64,000 nucleotides of DNA from Lingula anatina (GCA_051362555.1 CM120648.1:17294587-17358586), one strand, 5' to 3'. Positions 14,486 to 28,179 are shown, counted from the stretch's first letter. The notes: generated by a model from the letters alone, not told the origin. Program-made: numbers and translations.

Positions 14486-17400
14486 GAAATACCCACATTT
14501 AAAGTGAAAAATGGCGAAAACATGTTTATTTAAGTAGGCATAGAAAGGAATGAAGGTCTGTTCATTAATCGCACCACCCATTTAAAAAAGTAATTTTGCT
14601 ACTGAAATTGACCTATTCAATTTAGACTTTACTTTTACGGCTATTATTGTTACGCCTGTCCAATATTGATGATTGTACTCAGAAAACCAATTTGGCTCGT
14701 TTTTTGTTCAACTGATTGAAGTTCTTTTCATGAAAATAAGCGTGAATATTGGAAACGCCAAAATCCTAGGTTCTGCTTCGTACAGTGGATAAGGGAAGCG
14801 TCTTTTTGCACACTAAAAAAATACAGACATGAACTGTTCACAGCAGTAGATCAACTGTTAAGTTATATCACTGGTAGGAATGCGTCTTAAAATATATGGG
14901 GACATCTCTATGAAGTTAGCTGCTACAATGAAATGGAATATGCAACGAATTAAAATCGATCAGCTCAATTGAACTCAAAGCCAAATGAGGAATTGGCAAA
15001 TTTCTTAGAATAAGTAGAAACATGGATTCCTGATTTTGTCTTAGTTCGCATTTTTAATTTATCAATTTTTTATTTATCTTTTTTCGGGGGGTAAACGTTA
15101 AAAGCCGAAGTACCCCCACCTTCACCCCCCCCCCCCCCCAACCTTCACCTCACCCTACCCCCACCTCACCCGACCCCACCTCACCCCGACATTTGACCCA
15201 ACTTTCCCTTGGCTTGAAAGTTTTCATCCGGCTCATCCTTCTCTTAAAGCATTTCTTCCTGTCAGTCTTGAGTATATTACGTAGATAAAGGGGCCTTCGG
15301 GGACAGAGCACATAATGCCGCAAGTTCCCTGGGGTAAAGCTGCCATCAGGGCAACAATTTCATCTTGGAAGCATTGAGTAATCTGAAGCAGTCTACAGCG
15401 TGGTGTAAATACCTTCGTGATTTGCTCTAATTGGTTAAACTTTCCTATTCAGTAATGTGTCGGTTTATTCCCACACCGCATCTTTAATTAATATTCGTGT
15501 CAATCTTTGGGTGACATTTTCAGTATAAATGCCGGATTTTAAGATGCCATCCAATATTGAAATATAATGTAGAGATTTGATAACGTTATATGTTGTATGG
15601 TGAAAACAAATGTTTCATACGCTCGCTCTTTATTATTAGTTGAACTCGACTTGATAATAACTTGGATTTGTCGAGGTCTAAAACTGTAACAAGAAAAAAA
15701 AAAGAAATAATAATAATAACTACTTCAACAAATACTTAAAACATTAATAACTAACACTACAATGAAAGGAAAAAAATGGGAAGTACATGTAAAATGTAGT
15801 TGGTTTTTGAGAACTAACTTCCATTTAACGTTAAGTTTCTTTAACTGAAGCTGCATAGTTTCTAAGGAAATATTCAACTTAATTACAAATCTGCAGTTTA
15901 TATTTGGCTATGTGACTTGAACTGAACTTTTTCCTCTCATCCTGAATGTCTAAAAGTTTAAAATCATATATTTTATTTATCCTTTGGAAGAGAATAAACA
16001 CTTACACTCTTTGCGTCCTGAATACAACACATAACAAGAATCGTAGAGTTTCACATCCGGGCTCTCTTAGCAAAGAGTAATAATAGAAATCGATAGTAGG
16101 GGCCGTCTCTGGACGAGCCCAATCTACAACAGATAAAACAGAACAATCATGTTTTTTTTAATTTTTACTATACTATTAGACCAAATTTGAAGTCCCAACT
16201 CACGTAATCATAGCATTGAGAGGTTGACTCCTATATCTTTTATAATACGAGCAGCATGGAAATGTCAACGCAATACAGGTAGATAAGTGAATAAACGCAT
16301 TTCAGTGTGTGGGGGCATTTAGTAGAGATAAATTAAGAGACGAACGTCAGGTTTGGAAACAGACTGAAAAAAGAAAAAATTCACTCTTGTGTCTATTTTG
16401 AGATTAACTTAACATTTTGGATTTGTCAAAATCAGGAAAAAAAGAATTGTCACATGCTTTATAAAAGCATCACCAAACTTGTCAAAGGAGATATTGACAA
16501 TGCATATAGAATTGGAGCATAGGATACGGGATCAATTTGATAGTAATACAAGAGGCATTTGCCAATTTTTCTTTTTCCTTAAGTGTGGTCCACTAAAAAC
16601 ATCAATTCACGGCGTCCTTGAAACAGATCAACTCCGGCGATCCCAGTGGAGACCCTCTAGGGAAATCTAATGGGGACTAATGACGAGTTTCGTTGGTGAC
16701 TTCACTATCATTGAAGAGAATTCCAGGCACGTTTTGGTGCGCTGACAACAACGTTAACTTCACGACAGTAAAACCAGTTCATCAAAAACCATTCGCAATT
16801 AAATCGCTGCTTCGGTCCTATATTTCCTCGGGTCATAAAATCCTCATAAAAATGTCAAGTGGGGATAAAACAGCTTGAATTGCCTGTGATATCTAATTAC
16901 CATCTTCTGAACCTCTGGACCTCTGGCAATTACAAAAATAGAAATAAAATCCTTGTAGCATTCCCTAATAGCCTGGAGAACGGTCTTGGAACACTATTTA
17001 CAAAATATAACCTCGAGCATTTGTCATAATTTAATATATATATTTCACATATGCTTTTTTTCTTTATGTGTATATATCTGTATATATATTTGTCATTCTT
17101 GCTGCAAAGCCAAAATTCCATATCATATAATGAAACATCTGTTCAAAACGTGTGTACCTCATGGTCAGTTATGGGGCCTGTTCCACACTAGTTATATGCA
17201 CGTTTTAGATACTTTAATTACACTTAACTTCATATTCATGACTAATCGAACACGGTCAACCAATAAGGTCAACTTTTTAGTTGTCAACACATACACATAT
17301 GTACATATCTGCTAGTAATACAACACCAGCGTCTGACAACGGCGGGAATGGACAGTTGTAAAAAAGATTGTTGGTCTTAACATACTCCGCCTGGAACTGT

Positions 17401-18213
17401 CGACTTGGAGGCGAAAGGGCTCTCGTTACCTTCACAGCCGTCCCCAGTGAGGTCAAATTCTATCGCTCGTTTTGCCTGAAGGGATAAATGAAACAGACAC
17501 ATTAAGGACCAAAATAAATTGGCAAGTTAATGAAGAAAGTATCTATTTCCCTGTATCCTGGACAGGTCTTTTATCGCAGGGTTCGCTAGGGGATCTCTCC
17601 CCGCTTACGTTGTCGAAAAAATGATGAGATAATTAAGCCAGTTATTGGCGCAGAAAATTGCATTTATTGATAAATGAAAAGTTTTTGTGCTCTTCTTTTA
17701 ATAGCGCTCTAATACAAAATGAACTGGCATGACCAAACTGTACTTTTATCAATGCGAAAAACGTTTGCCCTTTTATTAAAATATTCAGGTCGCAATGGCT
17801 CACCCGTGATAAAACTGAGTATTATTCCACAGCATCCTATAACTAAGACAGCAACTGTAGTAATGCATTTTGTAACAGAAAATAATACAAAGTCATTTCA
17901 GTTATAAATATGACATTTTTGTAGAGAGCCGCAGTTTTGCTTTTACTGGCGTATTTAATTTTAAAGGATTTCATCGTTGCGGCAAAATAATAAATTATAT
18001 TCGATGAGAACAAAACCCCGTTATCTGTACTTGAAGTTATTAAACAAGAGGATAATTGGAAGGGTTAGACGAAGTGTGTGTGTGTGTGGGGGGGATGAGT
18101 GGCAACATCACGGGGCGGCGACCGCACGCTGCTGCTCTCAAGGTGCTCAGCTAAGTCGATATCCGTTAGAACAGCTCTTTCTTATATCAAATGTAAAATG
18201 CCGTACACAACTA

Positions 18214-18217
<4 letters not shown>

Positions 18218-18279
<62 letters not shown>
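18218..18279. repeat. (TA)n microsatellite
   Basis: Perfect TA run. Confidence 0.95.
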
Positions 18280-18281
<2 letters not shown>

Positions 18282-18769
18282 GCTCCCAGTTGACGATGTG
18301 CAGTGACATCTACGCAAAATATAGATGTATCTTTGTGAGCAAAGCTTGAACGCTTTCTGAGACTCATTAGAGTTGATATTTCTTCATCGCTCTCCGCTGA
18401 CAGCCGCTGTTAGTGTAGCACCCTAGCTGTCAGTGTTGTCTGGCCGTAAGTTATTCCTACTAGCCCAGACCCGGGGGCGGACATAAATGGATTGTCTCGT
18501 TTTGGAGCGATCTATCTTTTCCTGCCTACCATCTTTTCGTCCCGGTGCCCCATAGGACTGACATCCACAGTGCCATGTGTAAAAATAAAGCAACAATGGG
18601 AAGAGCAAATTAAGTCAGGACAAATTGTCCTTTGTTAAGAGGTTTGGACATTGGCTTAGGTAAATGAAGTGGAAAGGGGAAAGGACAAAGGTGAAGGTCA
18701 AGGTTGAAGGTCTATATTCCGATGTTTTGCATAGCTGCATTGTTAAGATAAAAACGCTAGGTACACTAG

Positions 18770-19032
18770 GACTGGGTTCCCATGCCTAGATCGATCCATC
18801 TGGATCGGTCTAACTCCCTGGGGAGTCTCACTAAATTACTTAACCGGCTTACAATTACAACTTAACCTGCTTAATTGTCTGTCACGCTTACCTAATCAGC
18901 TAGGTGGTAAAGATAATTGCCCCCTAACAGCTTTACCAGGTGTGACAGACATTTAAGCCGGTTAAGTTGAGAGCAATTTAGTGAGACTCCCCAGGGAGAT
19001 AAATCGATCCAAATATCTGTGGGAATGGTTCC
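18770..19032. mobile_element. PIF/Harbinger MITE, diverged subfamily of family A
   Basis: Shares TAGATCGATC, AACTCCCTGGG, GAGTCTCACTA/TAGTGAGACTCCCC and GACAGACATTTAAGCCGG blocks with family A. Foldback structure; flanks TAG/TAT. Confidence 0.8.
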
Positions 19033-19314
19033 TATGTGCCTCTGATCCGTTAGCCATATCAGCAGATTGTTCTAGCAGAAAGAAAAAATAATACAGTAGA
19101 TTGTTGGTAATAACAACGTAGACTCAGAAATGTTGGACAACGGCGTGCAGTGCTGATTATTATTCTTAACTGTCAATTCCTGTTTTTGGTTCGTGTCCTC
19201 TAAACAATTTCCTGTCATCAATGTGACGGATGTGGGGTGACAATATTCTATGTGTACTGATCATCTAGCTGAATGTCAAATGCGGTTTTTTGTTATATCA
19301 AAGTTATGAAAAGA

Positions 19315-19335
19315 AACAACGACAACAACAACAAC

Positions 19336-19383
<48 letters not shown>
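19315..19383. repeat. (AAC)n/(AAT)n microsatellite
   Basis: Trinucleotide runs. Similar AAT/ATT arrays at ~12856, 30951, 42648, 44993 and 50875. Confidence 0.9.
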
Positions 19384-19384
<1 letters not shown>

Positions 19385-21447
19385 TCTTAAATCATATTTT
19401 TACACTAGACATACGCAATGTGAATGAAGAATAAAAAGGCAAGCAGGAGAAAAGGAAATGTGAATGAAACAAATAATGTAGAAATTGAAAATATTACGTC
19501 ATCATTTCCTTTAAAAAGTCGTTTATAAAAATGCACTTTTAAAATCCTATACATTTTACGAACACTACTGCAACTTTCTGAGAAAGATATTTTGAATGGG
19601 ATTGTAGTTTAAAATACGTTTTAATTATCGTCATGTATTTTATCCACCATATCTTCTTTTCTCTCTCCAAGATATGTGACCTCTATGAAGTTACATGTAC
19701 AATGCACAAATGCTTTTAAAAGTACACGGGATATCAGTGGTGGCGCCTCAATGCTGATTTAACAACTGATATGCTGATCTCATTACCAGAGGATAAGTGT
19801 TTTCTAGGCGAGGTCATCGGCTTGCCTGAGCACGGTAGCGAAAACAGCAGGAACGCGCTTCTGGCATTTAATGTCTTTGATGTCCGGTTTCCTGCTTGGA
19901 GGGTTAAATGTCACCGGTATGAACTGGTCATTATGCTATCCTGGATATTCTAGTCATCTTCTACTTCAAAGACACTCATTGGAATAGAGATGAGAAAATT
20001 AAGAGAGAATGGAGCTCATCTGTCGTCTTCTCAGCTTCTGAGATGACCTTTGGAATGGACTTAGTAGAACATACTGGAGCAGAGAGAGAATGCCTTGGAG
20101 AAAGAAAAACAAGACGTGCTGGACAAAATAATGACGATTTAAACCTTTTTTAACTGCAATTCCACATTAAAATATATTCCTTAGAAAATCCTTATATTCA
20201 AATGTAATAATCTTTTTATTAAAAAAATTATCAGCTGGCAGCTACTCGAAAGTGCCATAATTAATTCCCGCTTAACCCCACATTTTCATATTAGTCATAA
20301 TGTCCCTCCTAGGTGTGACAATGCCGCTTGCATCTATCAGCAATTTTTTGTGAAGCACTTTTTCTTTACTGCTCAAATGAGAGTGGCTTTCTTTATTGTC
20401 TAATTACACAAGAGTGCAAACAAACACATTTGGCAGTGTTAACATTCTTGGTTATATTTCACGTGAAGCCTTCTGTCAGTAAAATTTGTCAAGTTCGGAT
20501 TTAGTATATATATATATGTTTTTCCAGTCAAAGATCGTAGTTCTACTCCAATTCTGTAAAAACAAACAAACAAACAAACAAAAAAGAAAAGCTAATTTTA
20601 GCTGAGCTGCTTCAATTCTCATAATTCGTACCCCCCTGGGTTGTTTCAATACGTCATAACATAAATGGCCTCTCTGGTTTGTGTTACCACACAGTTGGTG
20701 TACGTCCAGAGAGATATTGGAGACAAACTCCACGGCATTGGCTCTTTTGGTGCAGTTAGTTTAACTAATGGTCTTTTAATAATGCTTACGTTGGAATAAT
20801 TCCCCATGTATTTGAGCTAAGCAATCGATTCGTGTCTCTTTTCAAAATTAATCTTTTTTTTTTTTTTTTGGAGTTTCTCAGACTTTACCAAAAGACATAA
20901 TAAAAACAACAACAAAAGCAATAATAATAATAATAATAATAATAATAAACAGTATCCTTGTGAAGACAACAAGAACAAAATAACAATAATAACATTTAAT
21001 ACATTATGTATCATGATGCCCCGCTTCACATATAGTTAATGGAGCTATTGTAGTACTAAGTGCAGTGTTCTGTATAAACTCGTTGAAAACAAATGTGACC
21101 CGAAATGAAAGGAATCAACCATCGTCATGCAAGCGAATCGCATTTCATACCAGTTATACAGCCAAAAGAACAAATCTATAATAGTGTCCGATGACAACAA
21201 ACCGCAATATAGTCTGAAATACAATACGCATAAATCATCTTATTTATGACACCATGCAATAACAGCAGGGACGCAATAATACATTTAACTATGGATGATA
21301 ACTCATTTTTGACATGGACTACATAAAACGTTATCACCGTCGCACTTGGGTTTTTATAGGCGAAATATTTATCAATTTTGTCACAACAGGCTTCTAAACA
21401 CGCCATCTTGGTAGCGAATGGTGTCATAAGGTGTAGTCCAATATTTT

Positions 21448-21485
<38 letters not shown>

Positions 21486-23157
21486 TTTTGATCGAATTAG
21501 AGTAACATCCCAAAGGCCAATGTTTAAACATTGATCAAAGTGGCAACATTAACGGGTTGATTAAATAGGCACAAAGTGTTCGATTCATCATGTCGCATCC
21601 TACCTACACTTGGGTGGTAAAACACGCGCACTCAGTTGCCCACTTCGAGGCGTAATAGTACATCCAAATACTTGAGCTAGGGATGTCTCTTTGAATTGAA
21701 AAAGACACGGCCATATCTATTCCCATAACCATGGCTTTGTCTTAATTCAAAGTGTTATCCGCTGTTATCCGAAACGAGGGAAACTTCCCAGATGTGATCT
21801 CAACTCCGTTGCAAGCTTGGTTCCCAAACTACAATCTCGAAACTTATCTTTGTCAACATTATTGTTTTGTTTTGTTTTGTTTTGTCGTTGTTTGTCTCGG
21901 TTATCAAGAGAACAAATTTCAGACGTCTATTGTATGCGCTTAAAGCAGGACCGTTGTTTATTAAAACATTACTTCCTTATTTCATTACATACAAGTGAAG
22001 CTTTTCTTACAATGGCAGCTTCACTCCCAATGCTTCATTAAAATGTGCTTTGTAAGCCTTGTAAGTTTACGTTCAATGAGTATGCACAATGCCACAATGC
22101 CCATTACATGCAATATTTCTGGTAAAGTGAGCAAAGGATGGTCAAATAATAGTTGGGTAAACCCTGGCTGACTGACGGTTTGTATTAATTAGATATCTTG
22201 TTTATAAAGTATTTTTATCAAAGTACAACATGGTAAATATATAAAAGAAACAAAATATCGCATCGGGCGACAGATCATACTTGTTTTTTTTTTCTTTTTT
22301 TTTTTTTTTTTTTCAAACACCCACTCAGAAACTGGGAGAGTAAATGAAATAAGTCATATATATATGTTTTATCAGCAAGAGCCTTTCTTCCGTTCATCAG
22401 TGCCTAAAAGCCCGTAAACAAAATAATTCATTAGGAATTGGAATGCACGATAAAGTGCACTTCCATTAAAGCCGAACTGACGCAAAAAGCAATTTAAGCA
22501 ATTTAAGCACTGAGAAATATTTAAAACATGAGCGGTATTATACCAGTAATCCTGCCTACCACTTTTTGTCACTAATCGAATTCAGTTTTGATGCTTTTTT
22601 TCGAACGAATTTGCCTGACGTTCTGATAAGCGGAAAACAAAATGTTGTTTGTGTGACGGATCAATGCTCTCTCCTCAATTTCGTATTTCTAACACTCTCT
22701 CTCTGATAGCACCTGCCCTACACCGCTGTCAAATCGTGTCTAAATTGGAAGATTGGATTGCTCAACATTCATTGGAATTGGAGATGCAATTATTCACGGT
22801 CAACTGTGCTGACATCTATTGCCTGACTGTCAAACTAAAAATCGGCGTTGGTGATTATTAACCGCTCGCCCGAAAATTGGGAATATTGGCCCAATCAGTG
22901 ATTGCTAAGATTACTTTTTTTAGATTGGGCAATTATCACGCAGTTGTTGTACTGGAAAATTGCAAAAATTATCAGTAATGAACACCAATTGCTCTCCCAA
23001 GCGTCACAGACATTACCAAGTGAACTCAATGCACACCAAGTCGCCACCTATTGAGAAACAGATTGTCTTACACTGCATTGTGCTTCCACCTATTGGCCAA
23101 ATGGTGTACTACTTGTGAAAATGGAAATTCGTGCATCAAACTTTTCACAAAGATAAA

Positions 23158-23212
23158 AAATGGCGCATTTAGGGGGTCAGGGGGAGGGCACTCACCCCCC
23201 CCCCCTTCGGTT

Positions 23213-23247
<35 letters not shown>

Positions 23248-23600
23248 CAATATATCCCTCGTGTAATTATAATATTGACTAGCTGAATCTTAGGGCGTAT
23301 TCCCAGAGCTTTTAGATCGATCTATCCCCGTGGGGAGTCTCACTAGATTACTGTCAGATAATCCGGCTTAAATGTCCGTCCCGCCTACTACAAGCTGTAA
23401 GGTTGTAATTAACTTTCGTGCCCGCTCGGCTGACAGCTATTTAGCGTGAACCCCCAGGGAGTTAGGTTGATCTAAAGTAGATCGATCTAATCTCTGGGAA
23501 TGGGGTCTTAATTCTAAACAGTAACAAATGGCACAGTTTGCCCTCCAAAGCACCAAATATTTTGGAGGCCCAATAGCAAACCCCGAACGCAACACCAATG
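23158..23600 (+). mobile_element. Degenerate family B MITE, interrupted by a family A MITE
   Basis: GACTAGCTGAATC...TTCTAAAC...GGCAC...TTTGC.CTCCAAA.CACCAAA is shared with 28884-28946. Boundaries are approximate. Confidence 0.6.
23293..23507 (+). mobile_element. PIF/Harbinger MITE, family A copy 3
   Basis: GGGCGTATTCCCAGAG...CTCTGGGAATGGGGTC with a TTA TSD (23290-23292, 23508-23510). Confidence 0.9.
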
Positions 23601-25199
23601 GGGCCAAGGGTAGACTTTGTAGTGAAAGACTGTCATTCCTAAAAAAAAGTAATAATAATAATCAGATAACTAAACCCCCCCCCCCCCCCCAACAGTCAAA
23701 TTAGCCTGTATCCACCCGTGTCATACCAGCTGTAAACAGCTTTCAGAAGTCAAGTATGGTGTTTTCTCTGCGGAATTATTTGCCACACATGTTTTTCTCA
23801 AAATTCGCATCGTCACAATTGCTTGAATGGAAAGCGCAACAGCTTTGAAACACTTTCGAACGTTTTGTAATGATTCCCTCTTCCGGGGGGTATGCTAAAA
23901 CCGTCCAGACGTGATACGCTGTAATAGGAATGCAATTCCTAGGAATGGAAGGAATCGAATTCAAGCAAGTCCACTGAAATTTTTGTTGTTAGGAATCATT
24001 TCTAAAAATTGGTGTTTAACTATAAGAGGAACTCGTAACAACGATGACGGGCGGATCAAACAAAGCACAGACGGCTGCTTGCACGGCACGACTGCCTAAA
24101 AAAAGGTTCCTGGCTCATAATTAGAGTAGGTAGGACTTATATTACTGTCGGACTTTTATTCCTGTTACACCTATGACAGTAATAAAAGTCCGGCCAGTTG
24201 AATGTCCTATCCTTAGGCAATAATATGGTTAAATGATAAAACTATAAATGTATATGAAATCCTTCTGGTGAGCCATAAATCAGACAAAAAATGAGAGGTT
24301 TGCAACTTCAGCTCGTCTCTGTAGTGGTTAACGTGCAAGACCACAAGGTAAGAATTCATGAATCGTTCTGTTACATCTATGGGTTCGAGACCTACCTTTG
24401 ACATAACCTTACCCCCCTTCCCCTTATTTATTACTTGTAGCAAAATGTGTAATGGTGTTTTTAATGTCTAACATGTGTTCGAAATTCCGTGCTCATTACA
24501 TTTACAACTTTTTTGTTTTGTCTTTTAGTTGTCAAAGCACCAAAATAACAAAGGGTTTTTACAGAACATTATATACATATATTGCAATTTTCAATTTTTA
24601 AACTGGCTTGATATGTCTTAAATCTCAGCCCATACTTTCCATCGAGTTTGAGTTTTTTTTTTTTTTTTTAATTTCAGCGAGTGTAAACCGAAAAATAAAT
24701 CTAAGAACGGAGATCCCGCGTTTTGTGTAAAGTGACTTTTCTCTTAGGAATAAGGTTTTGAAAAAAAGAGAGGGAGAAAAAATAAGAATTTCGTCGCAAA
24801 ACACAAAAGGTACACCCCAGTAGAAAAGGACTTGAAATAATATACACTGTACATATACCTCAAAGGATGAAAATAAGGGATGCCTTTGGATGGTGCCTTA
24901 TTTTGTTAAAAAAATATCAGGCAAACCAGGCTCATACATATTGTGCAATGAGGGAGGAGTACGCCAAAAATATGCGTTAACAAGTCAAAATTTGCGTTTA
25001 CTAGATGAAAAATACACATAAAATAAATAAATTGTTTTTGTTTCTTCATTTTAAAATATGCATATAAACTGCCTATCGGAAAACATTGTAAAATATAAAG
25101 ATAAAATGTCATATAAATAGAATAAAGCAAACGTTTATTATATCTTTAAAACTAGTATGTCTCTATATCTATGTATTCATGTCATTTCTTAGTGTAAAC

Positions 25200-25430
25200 T
25201 ACATAGGACATGCGTTACTAAAATGTTAGTAACGCACGTCCCATTAGGACGTGCATTACTATACGTAGGACTTGCATTACTTGGGAGCCTTCGTCCTACG
25301 GACATTGAATCCTAGTAACGTATGTCCTAGGACTTCCATTTCTAGCAATGCATTTCCTAGGACTTGCATTCCCAGGACTTAGTGTCCGGACGGACTTGCG
25401 TTATTAGGACGTGCTATCCTGCCACACCGG
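25200..25430. repeat. Degenerate ~15-bp repeat array (TAGGACGTGCATTAC-like, both orientations); probable DNA-transposon end
   Basis: About 10 diverged AGGAC[GT]TGCRTT units ending in CCTGCCACACCGG. An analogous GGACTT...CCTGTTACACC fragment lies at 24130-24197. Confidence 0.6.
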
Positions 25431-26114
25431 CCCCGGAATCAGGAAGCCGCGAAAATGAATATATCGTGGGTCCAGGAAAATTACCTTTTGCATAAAAACG
25501 GTATACTTAAGAATAAATAATCGATTTGAGAACAATTTATTGCTGGTCATTATCATAAAATCTGCGTCGTCAATAATATGTCCTTTCTCTTCACTAAAAA
25601 GTCTTTAAGATTATGCTTAGGCGGGGATAGTCATTGATCTCTATGTTTTACCAGCTACGCCACAGATCATGGATGTCATACTGCCCTTTCATCAACAAGT
25701 CCTATCTTCTATCAGCAAGAAGTTTTTTTTTTTTTAAGTAACCTCGGCACTATTGCTTTACCTAAACATACATTTTGTTTTTATGCCCCCTCCCTTTTTG
25801 GGCCCCTGCCTATCAAGACTGTTTGTATGGCCATATACATACCACGGGGCTGATATCTAAACAAAAGGATTGCAGGGACTGATATCATTGTTACTGCCCA
25901 ACCAACCGCATGGTTAAGTTCACACAAACAATGCTGTTAACTCGACCCGCTATCAAAAAGTGCTCGCTTTCGCTCGCACTTTATGATAGCGTGTCTCATG
26001 GTGACTCGGTAAAATCCTCGAAAAAAATCTCGCTTTTTTTCTCGAATTTTACATTAATAGTCACTGAAAACAGAAAAACAAGAAGGAAACAACGTCAGGC
26101 ATTTAATTTATATT

Positions 26115-28134
26115 TTAATGAAATTGGAAATTGCAATTCTGAAATACAACCGGCTGATTTGTTAAATCGATAAGTCTACTCAAAGAAGAATCTGTTTGTG
26201 TTACACTTTCATCACTGACGTCTGTCTGAGTGCGTATTTTCGGCGGCGTCGGACCATCATCACTCCCGTCAAGGATTCTGCTGATGTGTTGTTCCTGTTG
26301 TTCAGACGGCCGTTTACATGAACGAACGCCTAGAAACATATCCGAAAGAAACGAAATAATACTAAAGGATAATATACTGGTAAAATATGAGCCCCTTTCC
26401 CTTATAAATGAGTAAATGAAAATAACATCACAATTGATTGTAACCACAGTGCATGTTGTAAAATCTGTGCATAAACTCATTAGTACTATAAAATAAAATA
26501 ATACTTAAAAAGACATGGGGAGTGGGGATCTTCGTGGCAAAATGAATTTGCCTGGAGTCTAGGCCTACAGCAGTTGAGAGACAATTAAGAATTAATCTAA
26601 ATTATTGTGAAATTTTAGATTAATACAAAACAGTTACACGCACTTAAATTTTGCTGTCTATGTATGGTATTGATGATATTTACCTTCGACTGAACGATGC
26701 CCTGTTTTGGTCATAATTAGCTGCTCATCGACACCTCTCCGAAAGAGACGCGTCGCAGTAGTTGCCCGCAGAGAGTGGTTGGTGTAGAATCCTTTCAGGC
26801 CAGCCTTTTCACACGTTTCTCGGGTGAAGTTTGACAGGGTATTCACACCAATCGGCTGTCGACTAAACCATACGTTTTCCCGCCATTTCTGCAAAGGCTG
26901 GAGGTAAAAAGAATCGTCTCTGTTATCTTTGGGGGATAATTCCATATATTTCTTGTAAATCCTTACATGGCATCGCTACGGGCAGTCTGCGTTAGCAAAA
27001 TGGGTCACTTGCTTTGGTACTAATTTGCGATGTTTTAGGCCACCTTGACACGTTTTAGAGACGTCCTCTGAATATTTCAAATAAGCAATTTCACCTTCAG
27101 GTTCGTGGAGCGTAATTTGAGGTGATTTATATCGCAGTCGTCGATGTTCCTGTCCACCTCGTAATCCGAATTTTTTGCCATTCAAATAGTGCAGTGTACG
27201 CACGAGTACTTTGGGATTATAGTCGCCCAGCGCTTTCGATGACCACAGCTTGCTTTCATCCTCCAAAGAAATTGCTTGGGCCTTTTTGGTGTTACATCCA
27301 AGGCCAGTATGAGAAAGACGTTTCATCTCAGAATCTAATACTTGTCGGAGACCCACAAATTGATCAGAATTTAATAAATCAATCCCTCGCTTCGACTCAG
27401 TGCGAATGTAACTCTGCAGTCCCATCACAAGGGACAGGAGTGTCCTTGGAGGATATTCCGTACCGTTCTCTTTTCTCACCTCCAGTATAAATTTGGATAT
27501 CCAGTACTGAAGTTCCTCGTCAGATAGATTTGTCAGTGGTTTCTTTATTTTATTCCATTTATTAATGGCAATGTCGTTTCCTTGATAACCGTGCAACCGT
27601 GTGTTGTTTCGCGCCACTGCCCACTTATTCCATGTATTAAGTGCCCACATGTTACGACGCAACGTGTTCTTAGGTAAGCTTGCTTTTGAGCGCAACTCCA
27701 TTTCCTCATCTGTTACTGGGATAGCGAACCTTTTACTGCCATTCCCCTCCTAAAAACAGGATAATATCATAAGAAAACGCATTTTGTCAAATATGTCAAT
27801 TTTCACGTTTTTCGAAAGCAATGAATCTCATCCGTTCAAATGTCAAGGTACAAATGCATTTTGTCGTATAATTATGTAGTGGAAATACATATGGAAAAGA
27901 TAAACATAAATGAAAAATGTGTATTTTTGTTATACGCACCTTCATCTCAGCCGAGAAAGCCTGCTGCTCCTGCTGCTGCTTCGCGTCTAAATAACACATT
28001 TCTGCATTTTGACTTGCGCTTATAAGTTCGTCGTCCGAAATGTCAGAAAATTGTTGCTCAGTTTCATAATGAGATTTCTCTGCCGTTTGACTTGCGCTCA
28101 CGAGTTCGTCGTCCGATACATCAGAAAACAGCAT
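26115..28134 (-). pseudogene. Crypton tyrosine recombinase (DUF3504 / ZMYM-QRICH1-KIAA1958-like), 3 exons, ~491 codons, inactivated
   Basis: Exons 28134-27940, 27749-26684 and 26329-26115 with GT-AG introns in consistent phases (0, 1). Motifs: RFAIPVTDEE, FILEVRKENGTEYPPRTL, FGLRGGQEHR (R), NHSLRAT (HxxR), TGHRS, then GVRSCKR where Y is expected, and C-terminal FQNCNFQF. In-frame TAG at 26978-26976 (ADCP*RCHV). Confidence 0.9.
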
Positions 28135-28179
28135 TTCTGCAATGTCGCTGTCAGCTTTGCCGAAAAATGAATGAGAGTG

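Noticed and set aside
26658-27701. Two separate genes (241 aa and 95 aa), or programmed readthrough
   Set aside because: Both ORFs are in the same frame and form one continuous recombinase domain. A point nonsense mutation is simpler, and no readthrough signal is evident.
26115-28134. Host ZMYM2/3/4, QRICH1 or KIAA1958 gene
   Set aside because: No MYM zinc fingers or other host domains; most catalytic residues are retained; there is a premature stop; and transposon-like ends lie close on both sides.
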